Positions 11,130 to 23,625 are shown, counted from the first letter of the whole stretch. The stretch is 63,790 nt of DNA, filler included, from Octopus bimaculoides (GCF_001194135.2; 6 parts of 6 records of this genome joined end to end with filler, not necessarily neighbours in it); one strand, 5' to 3'. Program-made: numbers and translations. Notes: generated from the sequence alone by a model not told the origin.

Positions 11130-11530
11130 AAGTACGATCATAATGGAGTATTGCTGACATATCTGGGACTGGCTGATGTTACTAAACTCGTTATCACCTA
11201 AAAGAAGGGCATTTTGTTGTTTGGTAAATACTCCCTCGCCAACATAACCAGAATTGAAGATTTAAGACAAACCATATCACTTCTGTCATCCGAACCAAAG
11301 GACTCAGACTGCTTGGCCACATTAAGCGAATGGTTTGTGGCATCAACAAGATCTGTTTGGAAGACAGAAGTGATGGAAAGAGAAACAGAGGGCCGGCAAC
11401 CTAAGAGATGGAGAGATAACATCATAACATAGGTCTTGACATAGTTTCTTTGAATGCTCTTGCCACAAAGATTGAATGCTATAGAAGCGACTCTCATGTT
11501 GGTGCGCATTCTGTCGCAGGCGGAGATAGC
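11130..11530 (+). mobile_element. RTE LINE C-terminal fragment with 3' end
   Basis: SVIRTKGLRLLGHIKRM, then GRQPKRWRDNI (the R.RGRP..RW.D motif), ending in GATGA. Confidence 0.75.
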
Positions 11531-12030
11531 GGGAAATGATGACCATATTAGGACCACTAGTCACAGCCCCACCTCCCACCTCTGTTCGTTCTACTGTAAC
11601 GACCTCTGATCCTCAAAAGTAGCAACCTGCACATCACCTCTCTCCAAGTTCAGCCCTTGCACTTAACTCTCTTCCTCTGTTCATCATCTTTGCTGGCTAT
11701 CGCCTTCCTGCTCCATGTTGCAACCTTCCTCTGGGCATCTCTACCTGTCCGTAGTCGACGACCCGCCATAGAAGTAAAACATTGATCCATTTCGCCAGTG
11801 TGTGAGGGCCTAAAAAGGGCCATGTGCATTCTCTCGCCATCACTCTTCCGTTTCCCTCTCTACTAAATATATAATGAAGGGGAGATGTAGTTTACAGCCC
11901 GTGTGTTTCTGCTGTCTCCCAACGATCTCTCTTTTCGATAATAATGGTCTCTAAAACAAAAACAAAGTTAACATCTTTGAGTGGGCATATATACACACAT
12001 CATCTTTAGTATTTCAATATTGACCAACTA

Positions 12031-12250
12031 AGGCAGCGAGCTGGCAGAATCGTTAGCACGCCGGGCGAAATGCTAAGCGGCATTTCGTCTGTCATTACGT
12101 TCTGAGTTCAAATTCCACCGAGGTCGACTCTGCCTTTTATCCTTTTGGGGTCTATAAAATAAGTACCAGTTACGCTGAAGTACTAGGGTCGATATAATCG
12201 ACTTCCCCTCCCCGCCATATTCCTGGCCTTATGTCAAAATTTAAAATCGA
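12031..12250 (+). mobile_element. SINE family B, full length
   Basis: AAGGCAGCGAGCTGGCAGAATCGTTAGCACGCCGGGCGAAATGC...GAGTTCAAATTCCACC (B box)...GGTCGACTCTGCCTTTTATCC...GGGTCGATATAATCGAC. Confidence 0.9.
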
Positions 12251-12856
12251 TATTATTTATATTGTAGAACCTGAACATATTTTCATTTTCCCGGGTTAAA
12301 GACTGCAAACTACCTTTCCCTGTCGCTCTACCGATTCTACCAACTCCTTTCGACCACAGCTAAATCTCTAACTCTCCTCTTCAGCATGTGAAAGATAAAC
12401 AAGAACTTCCATTGCCATACTGCGCAAGGCGTATGCACACTGTGTACACGTGTTTCTGCATATGCATAAATCGTTAAATCCAGTATTGGTGCAACACCAA
12501 GTGTGTTTGTACATGTATGCTAATTGACAAACAGAAGGCTAGTCATGCATACATTAATATATTTTCATTCTTTGGTTGCGGTAGTTATGTAAATGTGTCG
12601 CACTTGTTTGACTATTTGTGTCTGTATTGAGAAGATATGGGCGCCCACTTGAGGAATATATAAATCTATAAAGTGTTGTACTTCAGTTTTGTGGACGGTT
12701 CCGCTCGCCTTCCTGATGCTGCATGGTTAAAGCTTTCAGCTCACCACTTCCTGTTGTCGCTCCATAATAGATGTCAGGCATTGTGTTACATAAATGAAAC
12801 TCACCTTTACTCTCTTGTCTAATCATTTTGGCCATCCTTTATATATCATTATATCA

Positions 12857-13060
12857 GGCGGCGAGCTGGCAGAATGGTTAATTCGTCGGGCAAAATGCTT
12901 GGCAGCAAATCTGCTAGCCCTTTGCGTTCTGAGCTTAAATCCTGTTGAGCTTTTCTTTGCCTTCCATTCTTTCTAAGTCGCTAAAATGAAAGTACCAGTC
13001 GAGTACCACTGGTGTCGATGTAATTGACTAACCGCTTCGTAAAATTGCAGGCCCTTCATT
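12857..13060 (+). mobile_element. SINE family B, diverged
   Basis: AGGCGGCGAGCTGGCAGAATGG head with the same body motifs. Confidence 0.8.
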
Positions 13061-13064
13061 ATTA

Positions 13065-13103
<39 letters not shown>

Positions 13104-13440
13104 CTTACTGATGTCCTGTACCCATATATGCATGTATATATACATATATATGTATGTACNNNNNNNNNNNNNNNNNNNNNNNNNNNNNNNNNNNNNNNNN
13201 NNNNNNNNNNNNNNNNNNNNNNNNNNNNNNNNNNNNNNNNNNNNNNNNNNNNNNNNNNNNNNNNNNNNNNNNNNNNNNNNNNNNNNNNNNNNNNNNNNNN
13301 NNNNNNNNNNNNNNNNNNNNNNNNNNNNNNNNNNNNNNNNNNNNNNNNNNNNNNNNNNNNNNNNNNNNNNNNNNNNNNNNNNNNNNNNNNNNNNNNNNNN
13401 NNNNNNNNNNNNNNNNNNNNNNNNNNNNNNNNNNNNNNNN

Positions 13441-13477
<37 letters not shown>

Positions 13478-13939
13478 ACGTGTACATATATTAACTTGTG
13501 TGTTTTTACGGGGCGTACAAATACGGAGATTTGCGTGTGGGTGCGGAGTAGAACCACTTGGGAAAGGTGAAACTTCTAAATCGAACTCCTACGGTCTTGT
13601 GGGTTCTTTTTATTATTGAAGAAGCCCAGAAGATCCTGTGATACAAAGCCTGCGGTAGAAATAGTTGCTAGTCATATTTTTTTACGGATATTTAACTAGA
13701 GATACTTAGAGAGTGGTTGGTGTGTATAGGTGTCGTACAAGAGTGTATGACACTATAATCCACTGATAGACATGTACGGCCTTTCTGAGACGACTATCAT
13801 TTGATATGATTAATTAATCATATATACATAGTAAAGGTTTTGTGTAAATATATATGTGGAATTCCTTGACTTCGTTGTCTTTCCATTTTTTTTTCTTTTT
13901 ATTATTAGAGATCAGTTATTGGTCTCTAATAGTGACTTG

Positions 13940-14325
13940 TTTCCAGTTTCACAAACCATTATGGCAAAACTTCCGCCCATCCCCACCAAAAACTACCCTT
14001 AAAAAAATTTTTTTTTTCGACACAAACCTTCGTTTTCGGCTACGGGGAATACGAATCTGCAAAAAAATTGGCAAAAATCGAAATTTCTAAATTAACACCC
14101 CCACTCCCATTTCCTTTATTTTCCACTTTTTTCAGAATTTTTTTTTTCAAAATATGCAGAAAAATACGGAGATTATGATTTAAAAAAAAAATTTCCAAAA
14201 ATTTCCAAAAATTTTTTTTAAGAATTTTATTTTCTAAATATGCGGAAAAATTCGAACAAAAATTCGGACAAAAATTTCAAAACATTTCTAGGGTTTTAGG
14301 GTTAGGGCTAGGGTTTTAGGGTTAG
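13940..14325. repeat. A/T-tract-rich element ending in TTAGGG-variant repeats at a gap edge (possibly Helentron/DINE-like)
   Basis: Phased AAAAATTTCC / AAAAATTCG units, then TAGGGTTTTAGGGTTAGGGCTAGGGTTTTAGGGTTAG at 14289-14325. Confidence 0.5.
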
Positions 14326-16859
14326 NNNNNNNNNNNNNNNNNNNNNNNNNNNNNNNNNNNNNNNNNNNNNNNNNNNNNNNNNNNNNNNNNNNNNNNNNNN
14401 NNNNNNNNNNNNNNNNNNNNNNNNNNNNNNNNNNNNNNNNNNNNNNNNNNNNNNNNNNNNNNNNNNNNNNNNNNNNNNNNNNNNNNNNNNNNNNNNNNNN
14501 NNNNNNNNNNNNNNNNNNNNNNNNNNNNNNNNNNNNNNNNNNNNNNNNNNNNNNNNNNNNNNNNNNNNNNNNNNNNNNNNNNNNNNNNNNNNNNNNNNNN
14601 NNNNNNNNNNNNNNNNNNNNNNNNNNNNNNNNNNNNNNNAGTCTTTCCACCATTTTTACACTCGACGAATCATCGATGAAGAACCCACTGCACCAGTCGT
14701 GGGTAAACTGTGGCCCTCAGGACTTTCTGAATAGTACGGCAAATGAAAAATTACCTTGAATTTTATTTTAGTAGTACGGCTTGCTTAATGATGGGCCATA
14801 TCTCATGCGGCCCGCATTCCGAAAAAGGCCGCCCTAATCTGTTCAACACAGTCGTCCAGACAACTAAAAATAGCAGCCAAATCTCTCCCAAATCACACCT
14901 TACTACCATTCAAAAAAAGAAAAAAAAACAAAAAAAAAAACACAAACACCCTCCCTGCTTAATGTGACTGTGATAAAAAAGACGGGATGATCACAACTGG
15001 CACGCCCCTTTGATCATAATTCTCCTCAATGACGACGGACTGTTGCCGAAACATTCTATTAAACAAAATAACAACTAACATGAAAGACCCTGCCTAAATC
15101 GTTATATATTTTAGTGTTATGCAAAAGAGTTAAAAATGTATTCTCCGCGTGCTCGAGTGGTCATCGTAGTTGTTTAACCACAGGCCATAGGTGCGGCCTA
15201 AGTAGAGTTATGATCGGTTTCAGTCGTGTGCATTAAGGTATTTTAGTTATTTCATGACTGACACATGAGTACACTTGCGTATTTTTGCGAACACACAATC
15301 GTACAAAGACAATGTATAAGCGCATTTACACGCGCATGCTAATACGATCGTATAAACGCATGCAAAACACGCCCACACATGCGTACAACCTGATGCACAC
15401 ACTCCCACACATACTAAACAAAGAGTCGGCCTAATTGTCAATACTGATCCCTGCTGGTGTTGGAGATCTATGTGGCTAACGAAGCGGGTTGGTAAACACC
15501 TGAGACGATTTTGAGCATTAAGGGAACTGAAATTATTTGCAAACTGAATCTAGAAGAGCATGGCTAATTTAAGGCTAAAAATCACTAATTTCCAACCAAA
15601 TACCGATGCTATATCAATTAGTATTCACCAAATACATATTTCACATTAAATATTCTGGTTATATCAATATAACAGGACTGAATTTTTATTGTTCTTTATT
15701 ATTTTCTTAAAGCGGCAGTGACACAAAAATATAAAAAAATATTGTTAAGTGAAGAAAATAGTTTTATTATGCTTTTTAAAAAATTCTTTTCTAGAAATTT
15801 GCACGATGCGGGGTCGATAAATTATCAACGATTCCAGCCCTGTTTTAAACGCATGCATACCTAGAAACACCTCTCATTTAATCCCTGGTACATAAATTGC
15901 ACGTGTACACTCGTACATATAAATTCATACATACCTAGATACATAAATTTGTGTGCGCACCCACACGCACAATATAACACACACGAGTAGCGTCTCACAT
16001 ACTAATGAATTGTGGGTTTTACAACTGACGTTCCTATTTTTATGTAAATAATAATTTTATGTAACTTTCTAGATTTCCATACCAGCATTTATTTAGCTCA
16101 TTATTTCCTTTTAATTATGTGTCCCAGGAGCTAATTTTTCAATTCTTCAGTTTTATTTATGCACGTTTGTTTTTTCTTCCCTTCCCATTGTGTAAAGAGC
16201 GAAACGGCCTACAATATACATGAATGTCATTTATTATCCATAAGAACAGATAGGATAAATGGTTGACTAATGAGCTCCATGTGGGCATTTGGCCAACATT
16301 TTGTCATTGCTCTTGGCCTGTTTGTAGTTGTGATTTCTACGTTTAGTTCACAGCCCTATTGTTATTAAGACGGACAAAATTTATTTAACTCAATTGCCAT
16401 TTTTCTTCTTTTTTTTTTTTAAATACTTTTATCAGTCCTGTAGAGTACAATGATAAATGGGATGTTGGCAAGATTTAAACTTCGAAAACTCTATGTATTA
16501 AAGATTTTTTTTTAATAAGAAAAATAAGTTAATTTAATAAGCAAGCAAGCTATGACAACAATTCCAACGAAAGAAATATAAGTTAACCTGGATTTTTGTT
16601 AGATTCGAACATTTTGACCCAGAAACACCCTTTGTTCCTAGTTTACTTTATGTAACATCATCGTCGTTTTAATATTTGCATGGAAGATTGGAAATGAACA
16701 ACATCGCTTATATGGCGGTGATGCTTCTTTACAACCATCACGTGATGTCAAGGCACATCCGTTCCCTAATCCATCCACCCATCCATACGACGTGTATGTA
16801 TGTATACGATGACGTATGTATACACATTCATACACTATTATGTCATCTTTATCATTGTT

Positions 16860-16985
16860 TAATGTCCATGTTACATGCTGGCGTAGGCTGGGAAGTTTGA
16901 CGGGAGACCAATGTGTCCCAGGACTGCATCAAGTTCATGGTTTTTATGGCTGGATGCTTTTCCTAATGTCAGCCACTAAACATCA
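16860..16985 (-). mobile_element. RTE-type 3' tail copy
   Basis: ATGTCCATGTTACATGCTGGC...ATGGCTGGATGCTTTTCCTAATGTCAGCCAC is the reverse complement of the tail family. Confidence 0.6.
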
Positions 16986-17074
16986 TGGACTGGGTGCTGT
17001 CTTTGTGCTACCTGCCTTGCTGAGGTTGCCATGCAGTTCACAGGACTACAAGCCCTGGGAGAGGTGAGGGGTCA

Positions 17075-17250
17075 GCTTCACATTAGGGGACAAGGGATTA
17101 CTATGAGAGGTGGGTAATGCTTCACATTAGGGGACAAGGGATTACTATGAGAGGTGGGTAATGCTTCACATTAGGGGACAAGGGGATTACTATGAGAGAT
17201 GGGTGATGCTTCACATTAGGGGACAAGGATTACTATGAGAGGTGGGTGAT
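17075..17250. repeat. Minisatellite of 4 units of 43-45 bp
   Basis: GCTTCACATTAGGGGACAAGGGATTACTATGAGAGGTGGGTAAT repeated in tandem with no spacers. Confidence 0.95.
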
Positions 17251-17399
17251 GGAGCAGTTTCCTGTAGAGGGATCTGCATAGCTACTCACATCTAGTAAGG
17301 TAAAGGGTGGGGAGAGAAAGAGAAAAGGATCAGTAGGAGCTGCGAGACAAAGATAACAGTGATAAGGGACCCATGTGGCTCCACAAGACTATTTTCTCT

Positions 17400-18190
17400 G
17401 CTAACCTTCCTGTGATACCACTACAACTCTTATGTGTCTAAACCTTGCACTGGGTCCAATATATGGAGTTTTTACCAACACCCTTCTTACATATCAAGCA
17501 GGGCCATTTCCCTGAAGGGACTTGTGATTTGTCTGTTTTCCTACTTACTAGGACTTTGGTTATTGCTAAATTAACTCTAAGGTCCTTAGATTCCAGGCCT
17601 TGCTTCCACACCTGAAATTTCTTCTCTAGGTTAGGTAGTGATTCAGCTGGGTCATCAGTATAGTGGAGCTCCCAGGGACAGCCAATCTTGAATTCCTCTG
17701 TTAGGGCCTGGAGGAATAAAATAAACAAGACGGGGCTGAGGACCAATCCTTGGTGAACTTTATTTGTACACTGAATTCATTGTTAGGCTTGTTGCCAGCC
17801 CTCACCTTACTGACAGCATCCCTGTACATGATTTGTACAGCTCTCACCAACCACTCATCTATCCCTAACTTCTGCATTGACCACCAGATATGGGGGTGGG
17901 GTCCCTGTCAAAGGCTCTCTCTATGTCAAAAAAAGCTAAGTACAGGGGTTTATTTTTGGCTAAATACTTCCCCTACAGTTGCCTAACCAGGAATATAGCA
18001 TCAGTTGTGCTCCTGCCTGGCACAGATCTGAACTGCATCTCATCTACACTCACACTTTTCCTAATTAATTGAGTTATGACCCTTTCTGTGACTTTCATCC
18101 CCTGGTCTCGCAATTTGATTCCTCTGCAATTATTTCTGTCTAAGGCATCACTTTTGCCTATGTAGCAACTGACTATAATGCTCTTGTGGT
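17400..18190 (-). mobile_element. RTE LINE reverse transcriptase fragment
   Basis: IIVSCYIGKSDALDRNNCRGIKL, DEMQFRSVPGRSTTDAIFLVRQL, VLSPVLFILFLQALTEEFKIGCPWELHYTDD, then WPCLICKKGVGKNSI. Confidence 0.92.
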
Positions 18191-18613
18191 ACCGTCCCAT
18201 CCATGCTAGCATGGAACATGGACGTTAAATGATGATGATACATATAACAGGCTTGCACAACCATGACGAGAGGCAGGAAACAGTGGTGAGAGATGATGCA
18301 TGTGCCCATAGTCCTTGGCCCTCAGCAATGAGGATGGGAATAGGCAAAACAGCACCAGTTCCGTACTAGTCTGGTGCACTGTGTTCTGTTTTTAGATGAG
18401 CTTTGTAACCATATAAAAATGTTTATGTCTGTCTGTTGTTTTCTTGCTAAACTAAAGTTTCATCTATAAGATAATAATTGTGATTTATGTTAATCTCTCT
18501 AGTTTCAAATAACCATACAACATATGCCTCTCATTACTTGTGTCTTGATAAGAGAGCTTCTATCATTCTTCATTATCTACATATATGTTGTGTATAACAT
18601 GTATATATGTATG

Positions 18614-18644
<31 letters not shown>

Positions 18645-19711
18645 AACATGTATATATGTGTGTGTGTATGTATGTATGCATGCATGCATGCAGATTTGTA
18701 TGTTTTGCTTTATGTATGTATTCTCGTGCATATAGTTGCATATCTAGACATGCTCATAGTCATATATGTTTAAATGATAAACTTCTGGAAAGTTTAACAG
18801 ATTTTTACAGTTCCAGTGACGGATTAGATCTGTAGTCTTCGAATTAGCTTTCTCCGTTCTGGTTTTGTTTGTTTGTTTGTCTATCTTTCTGTCCACCAGT
18901 CACTACATTCACCCCTCAACTCACTCGATCTTTACAGTTGTCACCTACTCTTCCCTTCTCATCATCCCTGAACTTTTGTTTTTCCATTCATTATATTCCT
19001 CCTCCCTTGCTCATTCCCCATCTCTAACCATCTCCCATTCTTTCATATTATATATATATATATATATATAATCCTGAATAATGTAATATTTTAATTTATA
19101 ATCAATCTACATGAGACAGGCCATGACATTAAAGTGAGCTGACCATTTCACTTCAGTCACATTGCTAATACCTTTGAGAAAGGCATGACCATCATACAAA
19201 CCTGATTCCGCTTGTTTATGAATCTGGAGTTTTGAGCTTTGTAAGAAATCAGTCCACCATTGTTTCAGTTTTTATATTAGGGCTGTCCTGTTGCACCACT
19301 TCCAGGGGTTTCTTTTGATTATACTGCGATCAGTACTAAGAGATTGCTATTTATATTTTATCAATTTATGAAAGGCTTTGTTAATGTTACATATTCATTA
19401 TAACTAGTTTCTCGCTCCACTCCCCTTAAACCCAGTCATATCACGTCTATGGATAATGGAAACAATTACTTGTAAATTCTTCATATCTTTTACTGTCTCT
19501 CTTGATAATGGGCATTACTCTAATTGCCTGACATTTTATGCCTAATTTAGAAATTATCATCATCACCAACACCTTCACAACATCACATTCATCATGACCA
19601 TCACAACCACCACATTCATCATCATCACTATAATGGTTATCATTATCACCTTCATGATTCTCATTATTATTATTGATTACCTGCTTATATTTATAATAAT
19701 CATATATTGTC

Positions 19712-19761
<50 letters not shown>

Positions 19762-19799
19762 TGCATACAAACGTGTGTATTATCATTGTCATCTTTGTC

Positions 19800-20780
19800 A
19801 TCATCGTTTAGCATGGGTTAGACAGTGACAGTGACAGATTGGAGCTGGTAAGCCAGAGAGCTGCACCAGGCTCCAGTTGTCTGTTTTGGTCTAGTTTCCA
19901 TGGCTAGATGCCCTTCCTAATGCCAACCACTCCACATTGAGTACTGTGTGCCTTTTTTCATACCACTGGCATGGATACCTTTTATGTGTCGCCAGCACAG
20001 GTGCCTTTCATGTGGCACTGACAATGACGACAACTTCACTTAGCTTGATGTGTCTTCTCAAGCACAGAAAGCCACCAAAAATCTTCTCGGTTACTTGTCA
20101 TTGCCTCCGTTGAGACACAACATATGAAGATCATATTTTATCACCTTGTTCCACATCTTCCTGGATCTATCTCTTCCATCAGTTCCCTCCACAGTTAGAG
20201 ATCAGTACTTCGTTACATGGCTGTCCTCATCCATATGCATCAGATGACCAGACCAGTGGAGTCTTCTCTTCGCACACTGCGTCTGGTGCTTCTTAGAACC
20301 AGTTTTTCTCTTTAGACACTTAACACTTTGTCTCACATGCACATAGACATTGCACATCCAGCAGAGCATACTACCTTCATTTCTTTCAAACCTTTACATG
20401 TCTTTTGCAGTTACAGCTCATGTTTCACTGCCATGTAGCATGACTGTTCACACACGGGCATTATACAGGGTGTCCACAAGGTTTGGGTACATGGAGTAAA
20501 TAAAATCACAACATAAACAATTAAATATAAGAAATAATAATTTCTTATGTGTTAATCCCCATGTACCCAGACTTTGTGGACACCCTGTACAATCTGCCTT
20601 TCACTCTGAGGGAGAGACCCTTTGTTTCTAACAATGGTAGAAGCTTTCTGGCTTTGCCCAACCCATTCATATTCTAGCAGCTATGCTCCTAGAGCACCCT
20701 CCTCTACTGCTGACTTGGTCACCTAGGTAACGGAAGCTCCTGACTACTATTAAGTATCCTGCTGGGCATTTGCACAATTG
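19800..20780 (-). mobile_element. RTE LINE 3' segment (C-terminal ORF, 3' UTR and tail) interrupted by a MITE
   Basis: VVRSFRYLGDQVSSRGGCS...KGLSLRVKGRLY|NARV..VMLHGSETWAVT...RRLHWSGHLMHMDED..., followed by the tail family. Confidence 0.9.
20466..20587. mobile_element. Tc1-type MITE, 122 bp
   Basis: TA|CAGGGTGTCCACAAGGTTTGGGTACATGG ... CCATGTACCCAGACTTTGTGGACACCCTG|TA; 29-bp terminal inverted repeats with 2 mismatches. Confidence 0.95.
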
Positions 20781-22011
20781 TTGTGGATGAAGGTCATTCA
20801 TTGTATCCAGGCACAGAAAATCTGCCTTGATAAACTCCATACAACCCAGGCAAACAGAAAAGTGAACATTAAATGATGGTGATGGTCTGGCAATCTGGTA
20901 ACACTGAAGGAAAGTAAGTGCAGCATCACATTGGCACTCGTTACAAGCAACACTCCACGAATTCCCAACATTACACACCAGAAATTGTTTCCAATAAGAA
21001 CCACATAAATCAGCCAAGCCCTAATGAGGGCCACAGTCCACTACTCTTCAGCTGCAATGGAGACACAGAAATATAATTAGTGCCAAAATAATGCACCTGA
21101 GCCATATTCTAATGCATTAGAAGCAACAGACTGCATAGCAGCTGTGAAGCAATTAGGAAACATGACACTAGAACAACAGAATACAATGATGCTGATCAAA
21201 TCCAATATGGTAACATGAAGAATCAGCTAAATAAATAATATTATAATATTACACTGATATTGAGGAACAATTGCCAAACCAAAAACAAAAAGGAAAACTC
21301 CAGTTATTATTAACACTTTGGTTGTACTTCAGATGGCTACAACCTCAAATGAATCTTATAAATAAATAATGTGAATGCGGAGGTTTATTTCCATTAACCA
21401 CTTGTTAAATGCCCACAGCTGGAATCTTATCACAAAATCTAACTTACCATCAAAAAACATCAGGCTTTACAAAATATACAAATGATTTAGCTTTTATTTG
21501 AACTGTTTTTATACCAAACCACTTGAGATTATCTCCAGCTCAATAATATAAAAATTATTTTTAAATGTGTTTCTGTTTTAATTAAAACTTATTACAATTT
21601 TATATAAGAACTTTTTATTTTAGGGGGGAAAGAATATTTTAAGTAATATCAGAAAAATATGTACATGTGTAGAATAATCATTGTATTAAAAATATAAGTA
21701 TATAAAAAAATATATGTAAATATGTATATTTATATTTCTAATACAATGGTCATTCTACACATGTACACTAACTGGCTGGGATCAGTAAAAAGATGGATAC
21801 TGATGGACAGCTGGAATGTAGGAGAATCTGAAGAGAAAGAAAAAATGGTTCTCTTGGACTTTGAAAGAGAATTTATATGGTAACCCCAAAGTTGACATTC
21901 TTCATTTGTAAAGGGGAATGATGACATGGTATATATCCTGATTATGTTACCAATAGTCTGGGCACTAGTAATGTTCCATTTGTCTGTATGGGAAGAATTG
22001 TCACTTTTTTT

Positions 22012-22220
22012 CTACTTTAGGCACAAGGCCCAAAATTTTTGGGGAGGGGGCCAGTCAATTAAATCGAACCTGATATACAACTGGTACTTAATTTATTGAC
22101 CCCGAAAAGATGAAAGGTAAAGTCAACTTCGGTGGAATTTGAACTCAGAATGTAAAGACAGACGAAATATCGCTAAGCATTTCGCCCAGTGTGCTAACGT
22201 TTCTGCCAGCTCACCGCCTT
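22012..22220 (-). mobile_element. SINE family B, full length
   Basis: Ends ...GTTTCTGCCAGCTCACCGCCTT, the reverse complement of the B head. Confidence 0.9.
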
Positions 22221-22329
22221 AAAGAATTGTCACTCAGTGAGAATGAGAGATGAAGTTGGTCCTGGTGTAATATAAACTCAGAACATTAAATACCTTTTAT
22301 TGATAGCAACTGTAACAACAGCACTGTCA

Positions 22330-22685
22330 CCATCATCATCATCATTTCATTGTCCACTTTTCCATGCTTGCATGGGTTGGATGGAACTTGCATGGCTTGA
22401 TGCCCTTCCTCTCACCAGCCACCACCTGTTTCTAAATAAGGAAAACATTTCTTTATGGCCAGACATGTTTTCACCGGAAATTAGAAACGGACATGACTTG
22501 TATGTCATTTACAATTATCATATAAAGTCAAGACAAGGAAATAGCAACACGCACGCAAATCATTTTACCAGGCTTTGTTAGCTGGGGCTATAGTAGAAGA
22601 CACTTGCTCAAGGTCACATGCAATGGGACTGAATCCATAGCCTTGTGGTTGCGAAGCCGACTTTTCAACCATACAGCCACATCCG
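22330..22685 (-). mobile_element. RTE-tail fragment plus SINE family A head fragment
   Basis: (ATC)n...TTTCCATGCTTGCATGGGTTGGATGG; then GGGGCTATAGTAGAAGACACTTGCTCAAGG...CATACAGCCAC. Confidence 0.65.
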
Positions 22686-22887
22686 TAACAATAACAATGA
22701 TATTAATGAATTTGGAGAGAGAATATTAATCGATGAGATCAACCCTAGAACTTGACTGGTGTTTTGTTTTATTAGTCCCAGGAGGATGTAAGATAAATAT
22801 AACCTCAGTAGAATTTGAACTTAGAGATCTGGAACCAATATTGCAAAGCTTTCTATCTACCCCCTGTGATAACCCTGTTGATTCATT

Positions 22888-23110
22888 GAATAATAATAAT
22901 AATAATGACAATAATAATAATAATAATAATAATAATGACAATAATAATAATAATAATAATAATAATAATTATAATAATAATAATAATGACAATAATAATA
23001 ATAATAATGACAATAATAATAATAATAATAATAATGACAATAATAATATTAATAATAATAATGACAATAATAATAATAATAATGACAATAATCATCATCA
23101 TCATCATCAT
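22888..23110. repeat. (AAT)n microsatellite punctuated by GAC, grading into (ATC)n
   Basis: Direct reading; it abuts an RTE tail (23095-23183, minus). Confidence 0.95.
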
Positions 23111-23183
23111 CGTTTAACGTCCGCTTTCCATGCTGGTATGGGTTGGACGATTTGACTGAGGACTGGTGAAACCGGATGGCAAC

Positions 23184-23283
23184 NNNNNNNNNNNNNNNNN
23201 NNNNNNNNNNNNNNNNNNNNNNNNNNNTTAATTAATTAANNNNNNNNNNNNNNNNNNNNNNNNNNNNNNNNNNNNNNNNNNNN
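23184..23283. other. Artificial scaffold linker
   Basis: 44 N + TTAATTAATTAA + 44 N. Confidence 0.95.
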
Positions 23284-23625
23284 TATATATATACATACGT
23301 ACATACATACATACATACATACATGTATATGTATATATATGTATGTATGTATGCATATATGTGCGTGTGTGTTTGTGTCTGTGTCTGTATGTGTATGTAT
23401 ATATGTCATTCTCTAGTTTTATTTCGAGATTTTTAGCCAATAGAGAAAGATCCGGTTTCTAACCTAGATCCAATGCTCCTTCATTGGAATTTCAACATCA
23501 ACAACGGGGTATTTTTGTATGCATGTATGCATGTATGTATGTACGTACTATACATATATACATGCATACATACATATATGAAAAGTAAAATTTCAACCCA
23601 TTAAATGGTTCATAAAAATATATAT

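Noticed and set aside
15706-15800. Kolobok-like terminus TTAAAGCGGCAGT
   Set aside because: No matching opposite end or TTAA duplication was found.
16270-16368. Short ORF containing VIALGLF, like the PI4KA exon 2 motif
   Set aside because: There is no splice acceptor in phase, the flanking residues do not match, and a stop precedes it; judged chance.
17075-17250. CRISPR-like repeat array
   Set aside because: Units are directly adjacent with no unique spacers, and the context is eukaryotic.
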